The notes under the pieces are model-generated. The model was not told the origin of the DNA. It searched no databases and saw only the letters and a program-made list of their open reading frames with translations. Positions 22,236 to 37,359 of a stretch of DNA of 64,000 nucleotides are shown piece after piece (position 1 is the stretch's first letter; each line of letters opens with the position of its first letter). The translations under genes were made by a program, and so were the position numbers. This DNA is from an uncultured bacterium (GTDB taxonomy: Bacteria; Verrucomicrobiota; Verrucomicrobiia; Limisphaerales; UBA8199): the NCBI GenBank assembly GCA_963749495.1, contig CAVVMW010000002.1, positions 1 through 64,000 on the forward strand, given 5' to 3'.

Positions 22236-22319
22236 TCCGGGCGCGCGTTGGGCTTCGCCCCGGCTGGAATTGAATCGGGGCAACCTGCTGGAGGGTTGGA
22301 GGGGAGGTTCCGAGGGAGT

Positions 22320-24039
22320 ATGCTGAATTGTTATTGGAAATGGGGATTGGCAGTGGTCATCAGCGGCGGGCTGATGAGCGGCTGCAGCTCGGCGCCGCCG
22401 CCGGGCGGGGTGGCCGGCAGGGCGGCCCTGCCGCGGCAGGCTGAGTCGGACGAACTGCCCTTGGAAAAGGCCGCACAGGCGCACGCCCATTTCGGGGCGG
22501 GGGTCGTTCATGAGATGAACGGCCAGAGCGGCGCCGCCCTCGATGAGTATTACCAGGCAGCGCGCCTGGACTGCGGCAACGAGGGGCTGGTGCTCGACGT
22601 TTCGCGCCGGCTCCTGCAGGCCAGGAAACTGGACAAGGCGCTCGACCTGGCCGGCCTCTCGGCTGCCCGGGCACGGGCCTCCGGGCTGGTCTATGCGCGC
22701 CTGGGCTTGATCTATGCCGAGCTAGGCAAGACCGAGCAGGCCATCGCCGCCGACCGCACGGCCATCAAACGGTCGCCGGGGGTGTTGGCCGGCTACCGCA
22801 ACCTGTTCCTGGCCTATCTCCAAGGCAAGCGCTCCCCGGAGGCCCTGGGGGTGCTCCAGGAGGCAGGGCGCCAACCTTCGACCGACCCGGAGTTTCTTAT
22901 GGGCCTCTCCGAGCTCTATGTGAACCTGGGAGCCCAAGTGCCCTCGCAAAAGGAGACCGCCCACGCCAAGGCCATGGAACTGCTCAACCGCGTGGTCCGG
23001 ACCAACCCGCAGGCCGCCGCCGTGCGCCTCCTGCTGGCGGACTCCTTCAATCAACTGGGCGACACCGCGCGGGCAGCGCAGCTCTACCTGGACCTGCTCA
23101 AGCGGCTGCCGGATGCGCCGCTGCTCCGGGAGCGAATCCACGAGAAGCTGATGTACATTTACTTGCGCGCGTCCGACCACAAACACGCCGCCGAGCAATT
23201 GGAGGGCATCCTCCAGGAGGACCCGACCAACCCGGCGGCCTACTATTACCTGGGGCGCATAGCGTTCGACGAAAAGAAATGGGAGCGGGCGGCCGAGTGC
23301 TTCGGCAAGACAATCCTGCTCAGCCCGGACTTCGAGCAGGCCTATTACGACCTGGCCAGCTCGCAGTTGAACTTCAAGCAGCCCCGGCCCGCCCTGGCCA
23401 CGCTCGACCAGGCCCGCCAGAAGTTCGGGCGGGATTCGCAAAATTTCGTGCTCGAGTTCCTCACCGGCCGGGCCTACAGCCGCGACAAGGAGTATGCGCG
23501 CGCCCTCGAGGTACTTCACCCGCGCCGAGGTCATCGCGCAGAGCAAGGAAGCCAAGCGGCTCGATCAATTCTTCTTCTTCGAGGTCGGCGCGACCTATGA
23601 GCGCAAGGGAGATTACGCCGAAGCCGAGAAGTACTTCCAGAAGTGCCTCGAACTGGCGCCCGACTTTGCCGAGGCGCTCAATTACCTGGGCTACATGTGG
23701 GCCGAGCACGACATGAAGCTGGACCAGGCCCGCGAACTCATCGAAAAGGCGCTCAAGGCCGAACCCAAGAATGGGGCGTTCCTGGACAGCCTCGGCTGGG
23801 TGCTCTTCAAACTCCACCAGCCCAAGCAGGCGCTCGACTACATCCTCAAGGCCTGCGAACTCCTGGAGGAGCCCGACGCCACCGTGTTCGACCATCTCGG
23901 GGACATCTACGCCGCCCTCCAGCAGCCGGACAAGGCGCGTGAGGCCTGGCGCAAGTCCCTGGCCGTCGAGCCCAACGATGACGTGCGCAAGAAGCTTGAC
24001 GCGCCGCCAACCAACGCAGGCGCCAAACCTCAGACCTGA
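22320..24039 (+). CDS. TPR-repeat lipoprotein, one frameshift near 23510
   Basis: TPR repeats continue in the overlapping frame (ALNYLGYMWAE, FLDSLGWV, DHLGDIY). Confidence 0.85.
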
Positions 24040-24087
24040 CCCCGCTCGCGATAGAACACGAGCGCAGCGCGGCCAAAAGGGAAGCTC

Positions 24088-24474
24088 ATGGCGAACCGAT
24101 TCGAGAAGCACTACACGCGGGACCAGGCGCGGGCCTTGTTGCCCCAAATCCGGGAGTGGCTCCAGCGACTGGTCCAGTTCCGCTCGGGACTCCAAAAGGC
24201 CGAGGAAGGCCTCGGCGCCCTGGCAGCCCCTGGCCGTGACCTGGGCGGGGAAGTGGTCAATCAATGGGTGCGCAACCTGGCCGGCATCCAGGAGATCCTC
24301 GTCGAATTCTTCCGGCGCGAGATCCAAATCAAAGACCTGGACCGCGGGCTGATCGATTTCCCCGCCCTCATTGGGGGCAAAGAGGTCTTCCTGTGCTGGG
24401 AACAGGCCGAAGAGGACATCGAATTCTGGCACGATCTCGACACCGGTTACTCCGGCCGGGAGCGGTTGGAGTAA
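24088..24474 (+). CDS. DUF2203 family protein
   Basis: IKDLDRGLIDFPA, VFLCW, FWHDLDTGYSGR. Confidence 0.88.
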   Translation: MANRFEKHYTRDQARALLPQIREWLQRLVQFRSGLQKAEEGLGALAAPGRDLGGEVVNQWVRNLAGIQEILVEFFRREIQIKDLDRGLIDFPALIGGKEVFLCWEQAEEDIEFWHDLDTGYSGRERLE

Positions 24475-24627
24475 GGCTAAGGGCTAAGTTTTTTTTGAAC
24501 AGGAGCGGGGGAAAGATCATCAAAAAATCCCGAGAGCGCATCGAAAGCGTGATGAGAAAACTTTTGACAAATTGGCCCGGAGCAGGTACTTGAACCATTT
24601 GCTTCGGTTAGTAATAGAGAACGTAAT

Positions 24628-25584
24628 ATGATTAAGGTTCACAATCTGGCAAAGGTGTTCGGAACCAAGCGGGCGGTCAATGGCGTGACGTTTTCCGTCG
24701 AGCGCGGCGAGGTGCTCGGGTTTCTAGGCCCGAACGGGGCGGGGAAATCCACGACCATGCGGCTGATCACGGGCTTCCTTCCGCCCTCCGAGGGCAAGGT
24801 GAGCGTTGGAGGTTATGACGTGGTGGAGGCCCCGATCCAGGCGCGGCGCTTGATCGGCTATCTGCCGGAGAATGCACCCGCTTACACGGACATGACGGTG
24901 TATGGTTTTCTGAATTTCGCCGCGGAGATTCGCGGCTTGCGGGGCGACGCCCGGAAGCGGGCGGTCAACGCGGTGGTGGAGACTTGCTTTCTGCAAGGGG
25001 TGCTGCACCAGAGCGTGGAGACGCTCTCCAAGGGCTACCGCCACCGCACCTGCTTTGCCCAATCCATCATTCACAACCCGGACGTGCTAATCATGGACGA
25101 ACCCACCGACGGCCTGGACCCGAACCAGAAACACGAGGTGCGCCAGCTCATCCACCGGATGGGCCAGAGCAAGGCGATCATCTTCTCGACCCACATCCTG
25201 GAGGAGGTCGATGCCGCCTGCACGCGGGCCATCATCATCGACCGGGGCAAGATCGTCGCCAACGGCACCCCGCAGGAGTTGCGGCAGAAGTCCGAATGGG
25301 CGGGCGCCGTCACCCTGCGCGTGAGCGGCATCAAGGCCGCCGCCCTGAGCGAGCGGCTGGGCCAGCTCTCGACGGTCAAACGCACCCTGATCCTCAAGGA
25401 AGAGGCGACCTCCGTCACGGCGCGCGTCTTCCCCAGGAGCAATGTCAACGGGGCGTTGGCCAGCAGCATCGCCGACGCGGCGCAGGGGTGGCACATCGAG
25501 GAGTTGCACACCGAAGAAGGCCGGTTGGACGAGGTCTTTCGCAGCATCACCATGCCGGACACCGTGAGAGAGGAGAAGAAGTGA
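24628..25584 (+). CDS. ABC transporter ATP-binding protein (GldA-like)
   Basis: GPNGAGKST, LSKGYR, IMDEPTDGLDP. Confidence 0.93.
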   Translation: MIKVHNLAKVFGTKRAVNGVTFSVERGEVLGFLGPNGAGKSTTMRLITGFLPPSEGKVSVGGYDVVEAPIQARRLIGYLPENAPAYTDMTVYGFLNFAAEIRGLRGDARKRAVNAVVETCFLQGVLHQSVETLSKGYRHRTCFAQSIIHNPDVLIMDEPTDGLDPNQKHEVRQLIHRMGQSKAIIFSTHILEEVDAACTRAIIIDRGKIVANGTPQELRQKSEWAGAVTLRVSGIKAAALSERLGQLSTVKRTLILKEEATSVTARVFPRSNVNGALASSIADAAQGWHIEELHTEEGRLDEVFRSITMPDTVREEKK

Positions 25585-25585
25585 A

Positions 25586-26332
25586 ATGAACACTTGGGCC
25601 AATATCAAGACCATTACCAAGCGCGAACTGGGCGCCTATTTTTCGTCGCCCATCGCTTATGTCTTCATCGTCATTTTCCTGCTGCTGTGCGGGTTTTTCA
25701 CGTTCTTCGTGGGGGGGTTTTTCGAGCGGATGCAGGCCTCGCTGGTGATGCCGTTCTTCGACTGGCACCCCTGGTTCTACCTGTTCCTGGTGCCGGCGGT
25801 GGGGATGCGGCTCTGGGCCGAGGAACGGCGCGTGGGCACCATCGAACTGCTGCTGACGATGCCGATTACGGCATGGCAGGCGATCGTGGGCAAGTTCCTG
25901 GCCTCGTGGCTGTTCCTGGCCCTGGCCCTGGCGCTGACCTTCCCGGTGGTGCTCACGGTCAACTACCTGGGCAGCCCCGACAACGGCATCATTCTCTCCG
26001 CCTACCTGGGGAGCTGGCTCATGGCCGGGGCCTACTTGGCCATCAGTTGCATCACCTCCGCGCTGACGCGCAGCCAGGTCGTCAGCTTCATCATCTCGGT
26101 GGTCGCCTGCCTCTTTCTCATCCTGGCAGGCTTTCCGCCCGTCATCAACTTCATCCAGCAACTCTTCAGCCCCGGCATGGCCGGTTTCGTGGCGTCCTTC
26201 AGCGTGATGACCCATTTCCAGGGCTTCCAGCGGGGTGTGCTCGATTCGCGCGACGTGCTCTTCTTCTTGTCGGTGATCGGGTTCTCCCTCTTCACCACGA
26301 GTGTCATTTTGCGCACCCACCGCGCCGGCTGA
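25586..26332 (+). CDS. ABC-2 permease (GldF-like)
   Basis: YFSSPIAYVF, MRLWAEERRVGTIELLLT. Confidence 0.92.
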   Translation: MNTWANIKTITKRELGAYFSSPIAYVFIVIFLLLCGFFTFFVGGFFERMQASLVMPFFDWHPWFYLFLVPAVGMRLWAEERRVGTIELLLTMPITAWQAIVGKFLASWLFLALALALTFPVVLTVNYLGSPDNGIILSAYLGSWLMAGAYLAISCITSALTRSQVVSFIISVVACLFLILAGFPPVINFIQQLFSPGMAGFVASFSVMTHFQGFQRGVLDSRDVLFFLSVIGFSLFTTSVILRTHRAG

Positions 26333-26347
26333 GCCAATGAGGCAACC

Positions 26348-28283
26348 ATGCAAAAACAATCGTATCAAACCATTTTCTACTCGACGGCAGGCGTCGCGGT
26401 GATGCTTGTCATTCTCGTCGCCTTTAACTTCATTGCCGGGTTCAGCCCGGCGCGCCTCGACTTGACGCGTGAGAAGGCCTACACCCTGTCGCAAGGCACG
26501 CGAGCCATTCTCAAGAAGATCGAGACGCCCCTGCGCATCAAGTTCTACTGCACCCAGGGCCAGGCGGCCTCTCCGGAGACCGTCTATCTGAGGAATTTCG
26601 CCAAGCAGGTGGACGACCTCCTCACCGAGTACAGGCAGGTGGCCGGCGGCAAGCTCATTGTCGAGCGCTACGACCCCGAGCCGGACTCCGATGCCGAGGA
26701 CTCGGCCCGCCTGGACGGCATCGAAGGCCAGATGATGCGCAACGGCGAGCGCTTCTACCTGGGCCTAGCTGTGAGTATGCTCGATGCCAAAGAGGTCGTC
26801 CCCCTGAGCCCCGACCGCGAGCGCCTGCTCGAGTACGACCTGTCCCGCGCCATCTCCCGCGTCATCACGCCCGACAAACCCATCATCGGCCTCATCGAGC
26901 CCCTTGCCGGTCTTCGGCATGCCCAGCAATCCCATGATGGCGCGCATGGGCCAGCAAGGCGCCCAGCCCTGGGCGCTGGTCACCGAACTCAAGAACGACT
27001 TTAACGTCCGGCGCCTCAACATGGACGTGGACAAGATCGATGACGACGTCAAGGTCCTCCTGGTCATCCACCCGCGCGAGATCTCCGACAAGGCCCAGTA
27101 CGCCCTGGACCAGTTCATCCTGCGCGGCGGCAAGCTCATCGCCTTCCTGGACCCGATGCCCTATGTGATCGACGCCAAGGAACAGAACCAGATGCTCGGG
27201 AGCATCCCCAACAGCGGCTCCTCCCTGGACAAGCTGCTCAAGGCCTGGGGCCTGGGCTTCGAGACCAGCAAGGTGGTGGCGGACCTCAATTTCAAGATGC
27301 AACTGGGCGGGCGCGGCGCCGCCGCCCAGGACGCCCCGGCCGTCCTGGCCCTCACCACCAAGGGCATCAACCCCGACGACCCCGCCACCAGCCAGATCGA
27401 CAACGTCTGGCTCGCTTACGCCGGCGCCTTCACCGGCACCCCGGCGCAGGGCCTCAAAGAAACCGTGCTGCTCAAGAGCACCCGCGACTCCCAACTCGTC
27501 GATGGCTTCATGTCCCACCTCGGCGGCGAGAACATCATCAAGGAGTTCAAGCCCTCCGGTGTCGAATACGCCTTGGCCATCCGGCTCTCCGGCAAATTCA
27601 AGACCGCCTTCCCCGCCGGCAAGCCCGAGGACAAGAAAGACGAGGAGAAGAAGGACGCCGACAAGAAGGACGACCAGAAGAAGCCCGAGGAGAAGAAGCC
27701 CGACGATTCGCTCAAGGAGAGCAAACAGGAGACTTCCGTGGTGCTGGTCGGGGATGCGGACATGCTCTACGACACCGTGGCCCTGAGGCAGGTGCAGACC
27801 CTCTTCGGGGTCGCCCTCATGCCCATGAACGGCAACCTGAGCTTCGCCCAGAACCTCATCGAGCAGATGAGCGGCGACAATAACCTCATCGCCGTGCGCA
27901 GCCGGGCCACCCTCAACCGGCCCTTCACGCGCATCCAGGAGATGGAAACAAAGGCCAACGAGAGGTTCCAGGCCGAGATTAAGTCGTTGGAGGAAAAGGC
28001 CAATGAGGCGCAGCGCCGCATCGGCGAACTGCAGCAGCAGCGCAAGGACAAGGACCAGCGCTTCGTCCTGTCCCCCGAGCAGACGGCGGAGCTGACCAAG
28101 CTGCGCACCGAAGAGGTCCAGACGCGCAAGCACCTCAAGCAGGTCCGCAAGGACCTCAGCAAGGAGGTCGCTTCCCTCCAGACCCGGCTCAAATGGATCA
28201 ACATTTTGGCCATTCCCCTGGCCGTCACCGCCTCGGGCATCGTCATCGCCATCGTCAAACGCAGAAAGACCTCCGCAAAATAA
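26348..28283 (+). CDS. GldG-like ABC auxiliary protein, one frameshift near 26895
   Basis: RLDLTREKAYTLS, LEYDLSRAI, then ALDQFILRGG in the next frame. Confidence 0.85.
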
Positions 28284-28284
28284 A

Positions 28285-29583
28285 ATGAACCGCAAACAGC
28301 TCCTCACACTCCTGGTCCTGGTCGTCGTCCTGGGTGGCGCCGGTTTGCTCTTGCGCCAGCACAACCAGGCCGCCTGGCAAAACGCCGGCAAGAACCTCGG
28401 CAAGAAGCTCCTGGGCGAGGCCTTCCCCGTCAACAACGTCGCCACCATCGCCATCAAGCACGGCACCAACGGGCTGACGCTCGTCAAGAAGGACAACCTG
28501 TGGCGCGTGCGCGAGCGCAACGATTACCCGGCCAGCTTCTCCGAGATCGGCGATTTCCTGCTCAAGGTCAAAGACCTCAAGGCCGTGCAAATCGAGCCGG
28601 TCCAACCCGCGCAGTTGCAGCGCCTGGACCTGGCGCCCGGGACCGGCAGCAACAGCGCCATGGTGGTCGAGTTCAAAGACCAGAGCGGCAAGCCCATGCG
28701 CTCCCTGCTCCTGGGCAAGAAACACCTCCGCAAGTCCGACCGCCCCTCCCCCTACGGCGACATGGGCGACGAGGGCTGGCCCGACGGGCGCTGGGTCAAG
28801 GTCGGGAGCGAGCCGCGCGAAGCTGTCCTGATCTCCGACCCGCTCTCCAATATCGAGCCCCGGCCCGAGCAGTGGCTTAACAAGGACTTTCTCAAGATCG
28901 AAAAGACCCGCTCGATTAGCGCCACGTTCCAGAACCCCACCAACTCCTGGAAGCTGAGCCGCGAAACCGAGACCGGCGAGTGGAAGCTGGCCGACACCAA
29001 ACCGGGCGAGCAGCTTGACACCACCAAAGTCTCGGGCGTCGCCAGCCCGCTCTCCAGCCTGAGCTTTGCAAACGTCGCCGCCGGCGCCAAACCCGAGTCG
29101 CTCGGCCTGGACAAGCCCACCGTGGTGAATATCGAGACCTTCGACAGCTTCACCTACACGCTCAAGGTCGGCCAGAAAACCAATGACAATTATCCGCTCA
29201 CCATCGCCGTGGCGGCCCAACTCCCCAAGGAACGAACCCCCGGCAAGGATGAAAAGCCCGAAGACAAGACCAGGCTCGACAAGGAATTCAAAGACTCGCA
29301 AAAGAAACTCGAAGACAAACTGAGCCAGGAACGGACTTGCGAACCCTGGATTTACCTCGTCTCGACCTGGACCGTCGAGCCGCTCATCAAGGAACGCTCG
29401 CAACTGCTCGCTGAAAAAAAGGAAGAACCCAAGAAGGACGAGAAACCGGCCGCTGCCGCCGCGCCCATCGCCAACCCGGCGCCGCCCCCTGCCCCGCCTC
29501 CTGCGGCAGTCGTCGCCAAGCCCGCGGACGCCGCCCCCAAGCCGCCCCCGCCCCCGCCCCCGCCGCCACCGGCACCGAAATAA
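28285..29583 (+). CDS. DUF4340-like protein with Pro-rich tail
   Basis: Position after the GldG-like gene, N-terminal TM, WRVRERNDYPA. Confidence 0.75.
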   Translation: MNRKQLLTLLVLVVVLGGAGLLLRQHNQAAWQNAGKNLGKKLLGEAFPVNNVATIAIKHGTNGLTLVKKDNLWRVRERNDYPASFSEIGDFLLKVKDLKAVQIEPVQPAQLQRLDLAPGTGSNSAMVVEFKDQSGKPMRSLLLGKKHLRKSDRPSPYGDMGDEGWPDGRWVKVGSEPREAVLISDPLSNIEPRPEQWLNKDFLKIEKTRSISATFQNPTNSWKLSRETETGEWKLADTKPGEQLDTTKVSGVASPLSSLSFANVAAGAKPESLGLDKPTVVNIETFDSFTYTLKVGQKTNDNYPLTIAVAAQLPKERTPGKDEKPEDKTRLDKEFKDSQKKLEDKLSQERTCEPWIYLVSTWTVEPLIKERSQLLAEKKEEPKKDEKPAAAAAPIANPAPPPAPPPAAVVAKPADAAPKPPPPPPPPPPAPK

Positions 29584-29746
29584 GCGGACGGGGCTGGTCG
29601 CTTATGTCCCCCAGAAACGGAACGAGCGGGCCTTTGCGCCGCCGCTCAGTGTCATTCCGTGTGACTCGCCTCCCTTCGAGCCAGTCATAGGCCAGACTTC
29701 CCCTTCCGTAGCACGTTCCGCCTAATCAAGGAATGGGGTGGTTACC

Positions 29747-30283
29747 CTAAGAGTTTTGCCTGCCTAAGCGGTCCAGCTCGAACCGGCGGGCAAGCTGGCG
29801 CAGACAACGGTCTTCGGCCTTCTTCATCCTGCGCCGGGGGCCTGGGCTGGAGTCGTCGAAGCCGCGCAGGTGGAGGATGCCGTGCACGATGTAGCGGACC
29901 AGTTCGGATTGCCAAGTGGTGCCGAATCGGCGGGCCTGGACAGCCGCTTCCTCGACGCAGGCGAATACTTCCGCGTACGGGCCAGGCCGGCAATCGGCCC
30001 AGGTGGCGGCCGCGCCCGCCGGGGCCGGGCCGCCGCGAAGCGAAGGCGGCTCCTCGGCGTAATCGAAGGTGATGACATCGGTCGGACCCGCGTGATGGAG
30101 GAAGGTCTCGTTGAGGCGGGTAATCCGGGCGGCATCGACCAGGAAAATGCCGAGGTCGAGGCGATCCAATTTCATCAAATCGCGGACGAGGGTCGTTGCC
30201 ATGCGCCGGAGCAGCGGGACGTTCAGGTGGCGGGCGCGCTGGCAGTTGCGCACGCAGATCGCGGCAGGTCTATCGGCGTTCAT
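29747..30283 (-). CDS. ybeY: rRNA maturation RNase YbeY
   Basis: PTDVITFDY, HGILHLRGFDD. Confidence 0.9.
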   Translation of the reverse strand: MNADRPAAICVRNCQRARHLNVPLLRRMATTLVRDLMKLDRLDLGIFLVDAARITRLNETFLHHAGPTDVITFDYAEEPPSLRGGPAPAGAAATWADCRPGPYAEVFACVEEAAVQARRFGTTWQSELVRYIVHGILHLRGFDDSSPGPRRRMKKAEDRCLRQLARRFELDRLGRQNS

Positions 30284-30446
30284 CGGCGGTTGAAACGAGA
30301 CCCGAAGATGATTTCACGGTTCAGGGTTCACGGTTCAGGGTTCAGGGTTCAGGGTTCAGGGTTTACGTTTCACGTTTCACGCTTCACGTTTCACGCTTCA
30401 CGTTTAGCAGCCGGTCCTTGTTCATCGGTGCTTGAAATGAGGCCCT

Positions 30447-31420
30447 TCACTGCCCGCCATGGGAGCGCGCCTGGCCGCGGTGTTCCTCGTAGGCGCCAAT
30501 GATACGCTGGACCAACGGGTGGCGGACCACGTCGCGTTTGGTGAACTCGACGATGGCAATGCCCTCGATGTGCCTGAGGGCGCGATGCGCCTCCAGCAGG
30601 CCGGACTGCTTGTGAGAGGGGAGATCGATTTGGGTCTCGTCGCCGGTCACGACTGTCCGGGAATTGATCCCCAGGCGAGTCAGGAACATGAACATCTGCT
30701 CGGTGGTCGAGTTCTGGGCCTCGTCCAGGATGATGAAGGCCTGGTTGAGGGTGCGGCCGCGCATGTAGGCCAGAGGGGCGATTTCGATGACGCCTCGCTC
30801 GGTGTGTTTCTGGATGTCCTCGGCAGGGAGCATGTCGTGCAGGGCGTCATGAAGCGGGCGCAGGTAGGGCATGATTTTCTCGTAAAGGTCGCCCGGCAGG
30901 AAGCCCAGGGCCTCGCCCGCCTCGACCGCCGGGCGGGTGAGGATGATGCGTGAGACGGCGCCCTCGCGCAGGGCGGCCAGGGCCAGGGCGACCGCCAGGT
31001 AGGTCTTGCCGGTGCCGGCGGCCCGACCCCGAAGGTGACGTCGTGGCGGCGAATGGCGTCGATGTATCGCTTCTGGCCGACGGTCTTGGCGCTGACGGTC
31101 GGTTTTTTGTCGGAGGTGAGGATGCGATCGGAGATGAGGTCTTTGAGGGTGGAGACCCCCTCCTGCTTGACGATAGCCAGGGCATGGGCGAACTCGCGGT
31201 TGCGGAGCGGGGCCCCGGCCTGGAGCGAGTTCTGCAGGAGCAGGAACAGGTGCTTGGCGCGGTCGATCGCGTCCGCCTCCCCTTCGAGCGTGATCCAGCC
31301 CTCGCGGGAGGTGGCCTTGACGCCCAGTTGCTGGTCGAGGGCCTCGAGGTTGCGGGGGTCGTTGTTGAAGAGCTGCTGCGCCAGCCGGGCGCTCTCGAAG
31401 TGCAATGTCTCGGTAGGCAT
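30447..31420 (-). CDS. phoH: PhoH family ATPase, frameshift near 31025
   Basis: [31 protein letters not shown]-terminus is in a different frame. Confidence 0.92.
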
Positions 31421-31423
31421 GGG

Positions 31424-31924
31424 TCACCTCGGAGGCTGGCCCTGCGTCAGGGCCTCGCGCAAGCGGGCGGCCAACTCCCGCAGCGCCAGCGGCACCACGG
31501 TGGTGTGGCCCAGCACCGGCATGAAATTGGTGTCGCCCAGCCAGCGCGGCACCACGTGCACGTGGAGGTGCTCGTGGATGCCGGCGCCCGCTGCCTGGCC
31601 CAGGTTCAGCCCGATGTTGAAACCCTCCGGCCGCATCACCTTGGTGAGCGCATTCTGACAGCGCCGCGTCAACTGGAACAGGCCGCTCAGCTCCTCGTCG
31701 GTCAGGTCGTTGAGGTCCGAGGTCTGCTTGTAGGGCACGACCATGAGGTGGCCGCCGGTGTAAGGAAAGGCATTGAGCAGGGCGTAGCACGCGCGCTCCC
31801 TGGCGATCACGTAATTGGCCTCGTCATCGTTGGACTGGGCGATCCGGGTGAAGAGGCTCTGGTCCATGACCGGTTTGGGCGCCAGGATGTAATCGATTCG
31901 CCAAGGGGCATGTAGCGATTCCAT
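31424..31924 (-). CDS. HIT family hydrolase
   Basis: [16 protein letters not shown]. Confidence 0.92.
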   Translation of the reverse strand: MESLHAPWRIDYILAPKPVMDQSLFTRIAQSNDDEANYVIARERACYALLNAFPYTGGHLMVVPYKQTSDLNDLTDEELSGLFQLTRRCQNALTKVMRPEGFNIGLNLGQAAGAGIHEHLHVHVVPRWLGDTNFMPVLGHTTVVPLALRELAARLREALTQGQPPR

Positions 31925-32177
31925 GGGCAAAGACTAGTGATATCGCGGGCGATTGTCAAAAGAGACAAAAGGGACGAAAGGGACAAAAGGGACACAGTGT
32001 GCCGGGAACCCGCTCCCTGATTCGTCATTCGTCATTCGTCATTCGTCATTCCTTCGCGGCGTCCCCGTGCCGGAGGATTTCGCATTCCGCACTCCGCATT
32101 CCGCACTCCGCATTCGGTCCATTCGTCATTCGTCATTCGTCCTTTCGCCTGCGCCGCACCTGCGGCATCTTGTTTTC

Positions 32178-33725
32178 ATGCCTGGCTTGATTGCCATTGT
32201 AGGGCGCCCCAACGTGGGCAAATCCGCGCTGTTCAACCGCATCGCGGGCCGGCGCATCGCCATTGTTCACGATCAGCCCGGGGTCACGCGCGACCGCATC
32301 ACGGCCGAGGCCGAGTGGGGCGGGCACGCATTCACCCTGGTGGACACGGGCGGCATCGGGCTGCTGCGCGGGGAGAAGGCCGATGACGTCATCGTTCAAG
32401 CCGCGCTGGCCCAGGTCGAACTGGCCATCGAGGCCGCCCAGGTCATCGTCCTGGTCGTGAACGTGCGTGAGGGCGTGGTGCCGCTGGACCGCGACGCGGC
32501 CCAACGCCTGCGCCGCAGCGGCAAGCCGGTCCTGGTCGCCGTCAACAAGACGGACACCCAGGAAATGGAAACCGGCGCGACGGAATTCGCCGAGTTGGGA
32601 TTCGACCAGTTCTTCCCCGTCAGCGCGATTCACGGCACGGGCGTCGAACCGCTCCTGGATGCGGCGGTTGCGCGGCTCCAGTCCACAGTCCACAGTCCAG
32701 AGTCCACAGTCCACAGTCCAGAGTCCAGAGTCCAGAGTCTGGAGCCTGGAGTTCCGATTCCAAATCCTGAATCTCAGATTCCAGATTCAGTGGCCCAGGG
32801 AGCACCTTTGAAACTGGCCATCGTTGGCCGGCCTAATGTGGGCAAGTCGTCCCTCATCAATGCGCTCACACGGTCCGAGCGAGTGGTGGTCACCCCGATA
32901 CCGGGCACGACCCGCGACTCAGTGGATGTGCCGTTCGAGGTCGAGGCCCAGGGCGTGCGCCAGCGCTATGTGCTCATCGACACCGCGGGGATGCGCAAGG
33001 CCCGGCGCGTGGACGACTCGATCGAGTTTTTCAGTCTCAAACGGGCCGAGGACGCGATTGCGCGCTGCGATATCGCTATCCTGGTCCTGGAGGCGCAGAG
33101 CGGGATCACCGAGCAGGACAAGAAAGTGGCGGACAAGATCGTCCAGGAACGCAAGGCCTGCATCGTGGTGGTCAACAAATGGGACCTGGTCCAGGAGGCG
33201 GTGCGCAACGCGCGCGAAGAGGAGATCGAGCACCGCCGCCGCAAAGACAGGGCGCGCGGCCCCAAGACGATGACCACGCTGGCCGAGTTCGGCGGCTGGG
33301 TCCAGGAACACCTCTTTTTCCTCGATTACGCCCCGGTCATCTTCACCTCCGCACAATCGGGTTTTCACCTGGACCGGCTGCTGGAGGCGGTGCGCTACGT
33401 GGCGGCGCAGTTGCAGCAAAAGATCCCCACCGCCATCCTCAACCGGACCTTGCAGGACCTCGTCGAGCGCCGCCAGCCCGTAAGCGCCCAGGGCCACCGG
33501 CTTAAGTTCTTCTACGCCACCCAGGTCAGACAGGCCCCGCCCACATTCCTGCTCTTCGTCAACCGGGATGAGCTCTTTTCCCAGCAGTACAAGAAATACC
33601 TCGCCGACCAGATGCGCCGCGCCTTCGGCTACGAAGGCTGCCCCATCATCCTGGCCGCCAAGCCGCGCCCCAAAACCATCCAAACCGTGCGACGCCATCG
33701 GCCCAGGCCAGCAGCCAGAACGTAG
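32178..33725 (+). CDS. der: Ribosome biogenesis GTPase Der
   Basis: Two GRPNVGKS domains and C-terminal KH-like domain. Confidence 0.96.
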   Translation: MPGLIAIVGRPNVGKSALFNRIAGRRIAIVHDQPGVTRDRITAEAEWGGHAFTLVDTGGIGLLRGEKADDVIVQAALAQVELAIEAAQVIVLVVNVREGVVPLDRDAAQRLRRSGKPVLVAVNKTDTQEMETGATEFAELGFDQFFPVSAIHGTGVEPLLDAAVARLQSTVHSPESTVHSPESRVQSLEPGVPIPNPESQIPDSVAQGAPLKLAIVGRPNVGKSSLINALTRSERVVVTPIPGTTRDSVDVPFEVEAQGVRQRYVLIDTAGMRKARRVDDSIEFFSLKRAEDAIARCDIAILVLEAQSGITEQDKKVADKIVQERKACIVVVNKWDLVQEAVRNAREEEIEHRRRKDRARGPKTMTTLAEFGGWVQEHLFFLDYAPVIFTSAQSGFHLDRLLEAVRYVAAQLQQKIPTAILNRTLQDLVERRQPVSAQGHRLKFFYATQVRQAPPTFLLFVNRDELFSQQYKKYLADQMRRAFGYEGCPIILAAKPRPKTIQTVRRHRPRPAART

Positions 33726-33792
33726 GAGCGCGGACGCCTCGTCCGCGCAGCCCTCGTGGCAAAAACACGCGGACGGGGCGTCCGCGCTCCTA
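33723..33792. repeat. REP-like palindrome overlapping the der stop codon
   Basis: taggagcgcggacgcc...ggcgtccgcgctccta. Confidence 0.7.
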
Positions 33793-33951
33793 TGGGCGAC
33801 CTGGAGGCTGCCGAAGCGTAGTCAAGCCTTCTTTCAATCCGGCTTATTCCTTTACTTGCGCACGCTGCAAGAAACTAAGGTTGCGTGGGGCTGAATCGTG
33901 GGATTTCCTGGGGAATAACGTTAGCGTGAATTTCTTGCGAATTGTCTTGCT

Positions 33952-33999
33952 CCCCCATATATGGGGGCTATGCTTGCACCGTTGCCCTACTAATAGGGT
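33952..33999. promoter_or_regulatory. Tandem NrdR-box-like operators
   Basis: 16-bp palindromes cccccatatatggggg (33952-33967) and gccctactaatagggt (33984-33999), centres 32 bp apart, upstream of an RNR gene. Confidence 0.7.
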
Positions 34000-34131
34000 C
34001 CGCGCCTCCAAAACGCGCGGCGGATTTCATCTCAGAGCAAAACGAACTGAACTCGGTACGGCCGGTTTTTTCCTTTGAACCGTTAGAGGCAATGGCAGCA
34101 AGAATCGGCTGACGAGCAAAGAGGAGAAGCC

Positions 34132-37248
<3,117 letters not shown>

Positions 37249-37359
37249 ATTAGCGCGGCACGGGAGCGAGATCGAACAGTAGAAGCGTGGCTAACTCAAG
37301 CGGGTAGCCATCATGAGATTGGGCGTGCAATCGTCGGTGGATCTTAGTCAAATGCCTCC

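Noticed and set aside
29584..29746. Possible ncRNA between convergent genes
   Set aside because: Only short GC hairpins, with no recognisable family signature.
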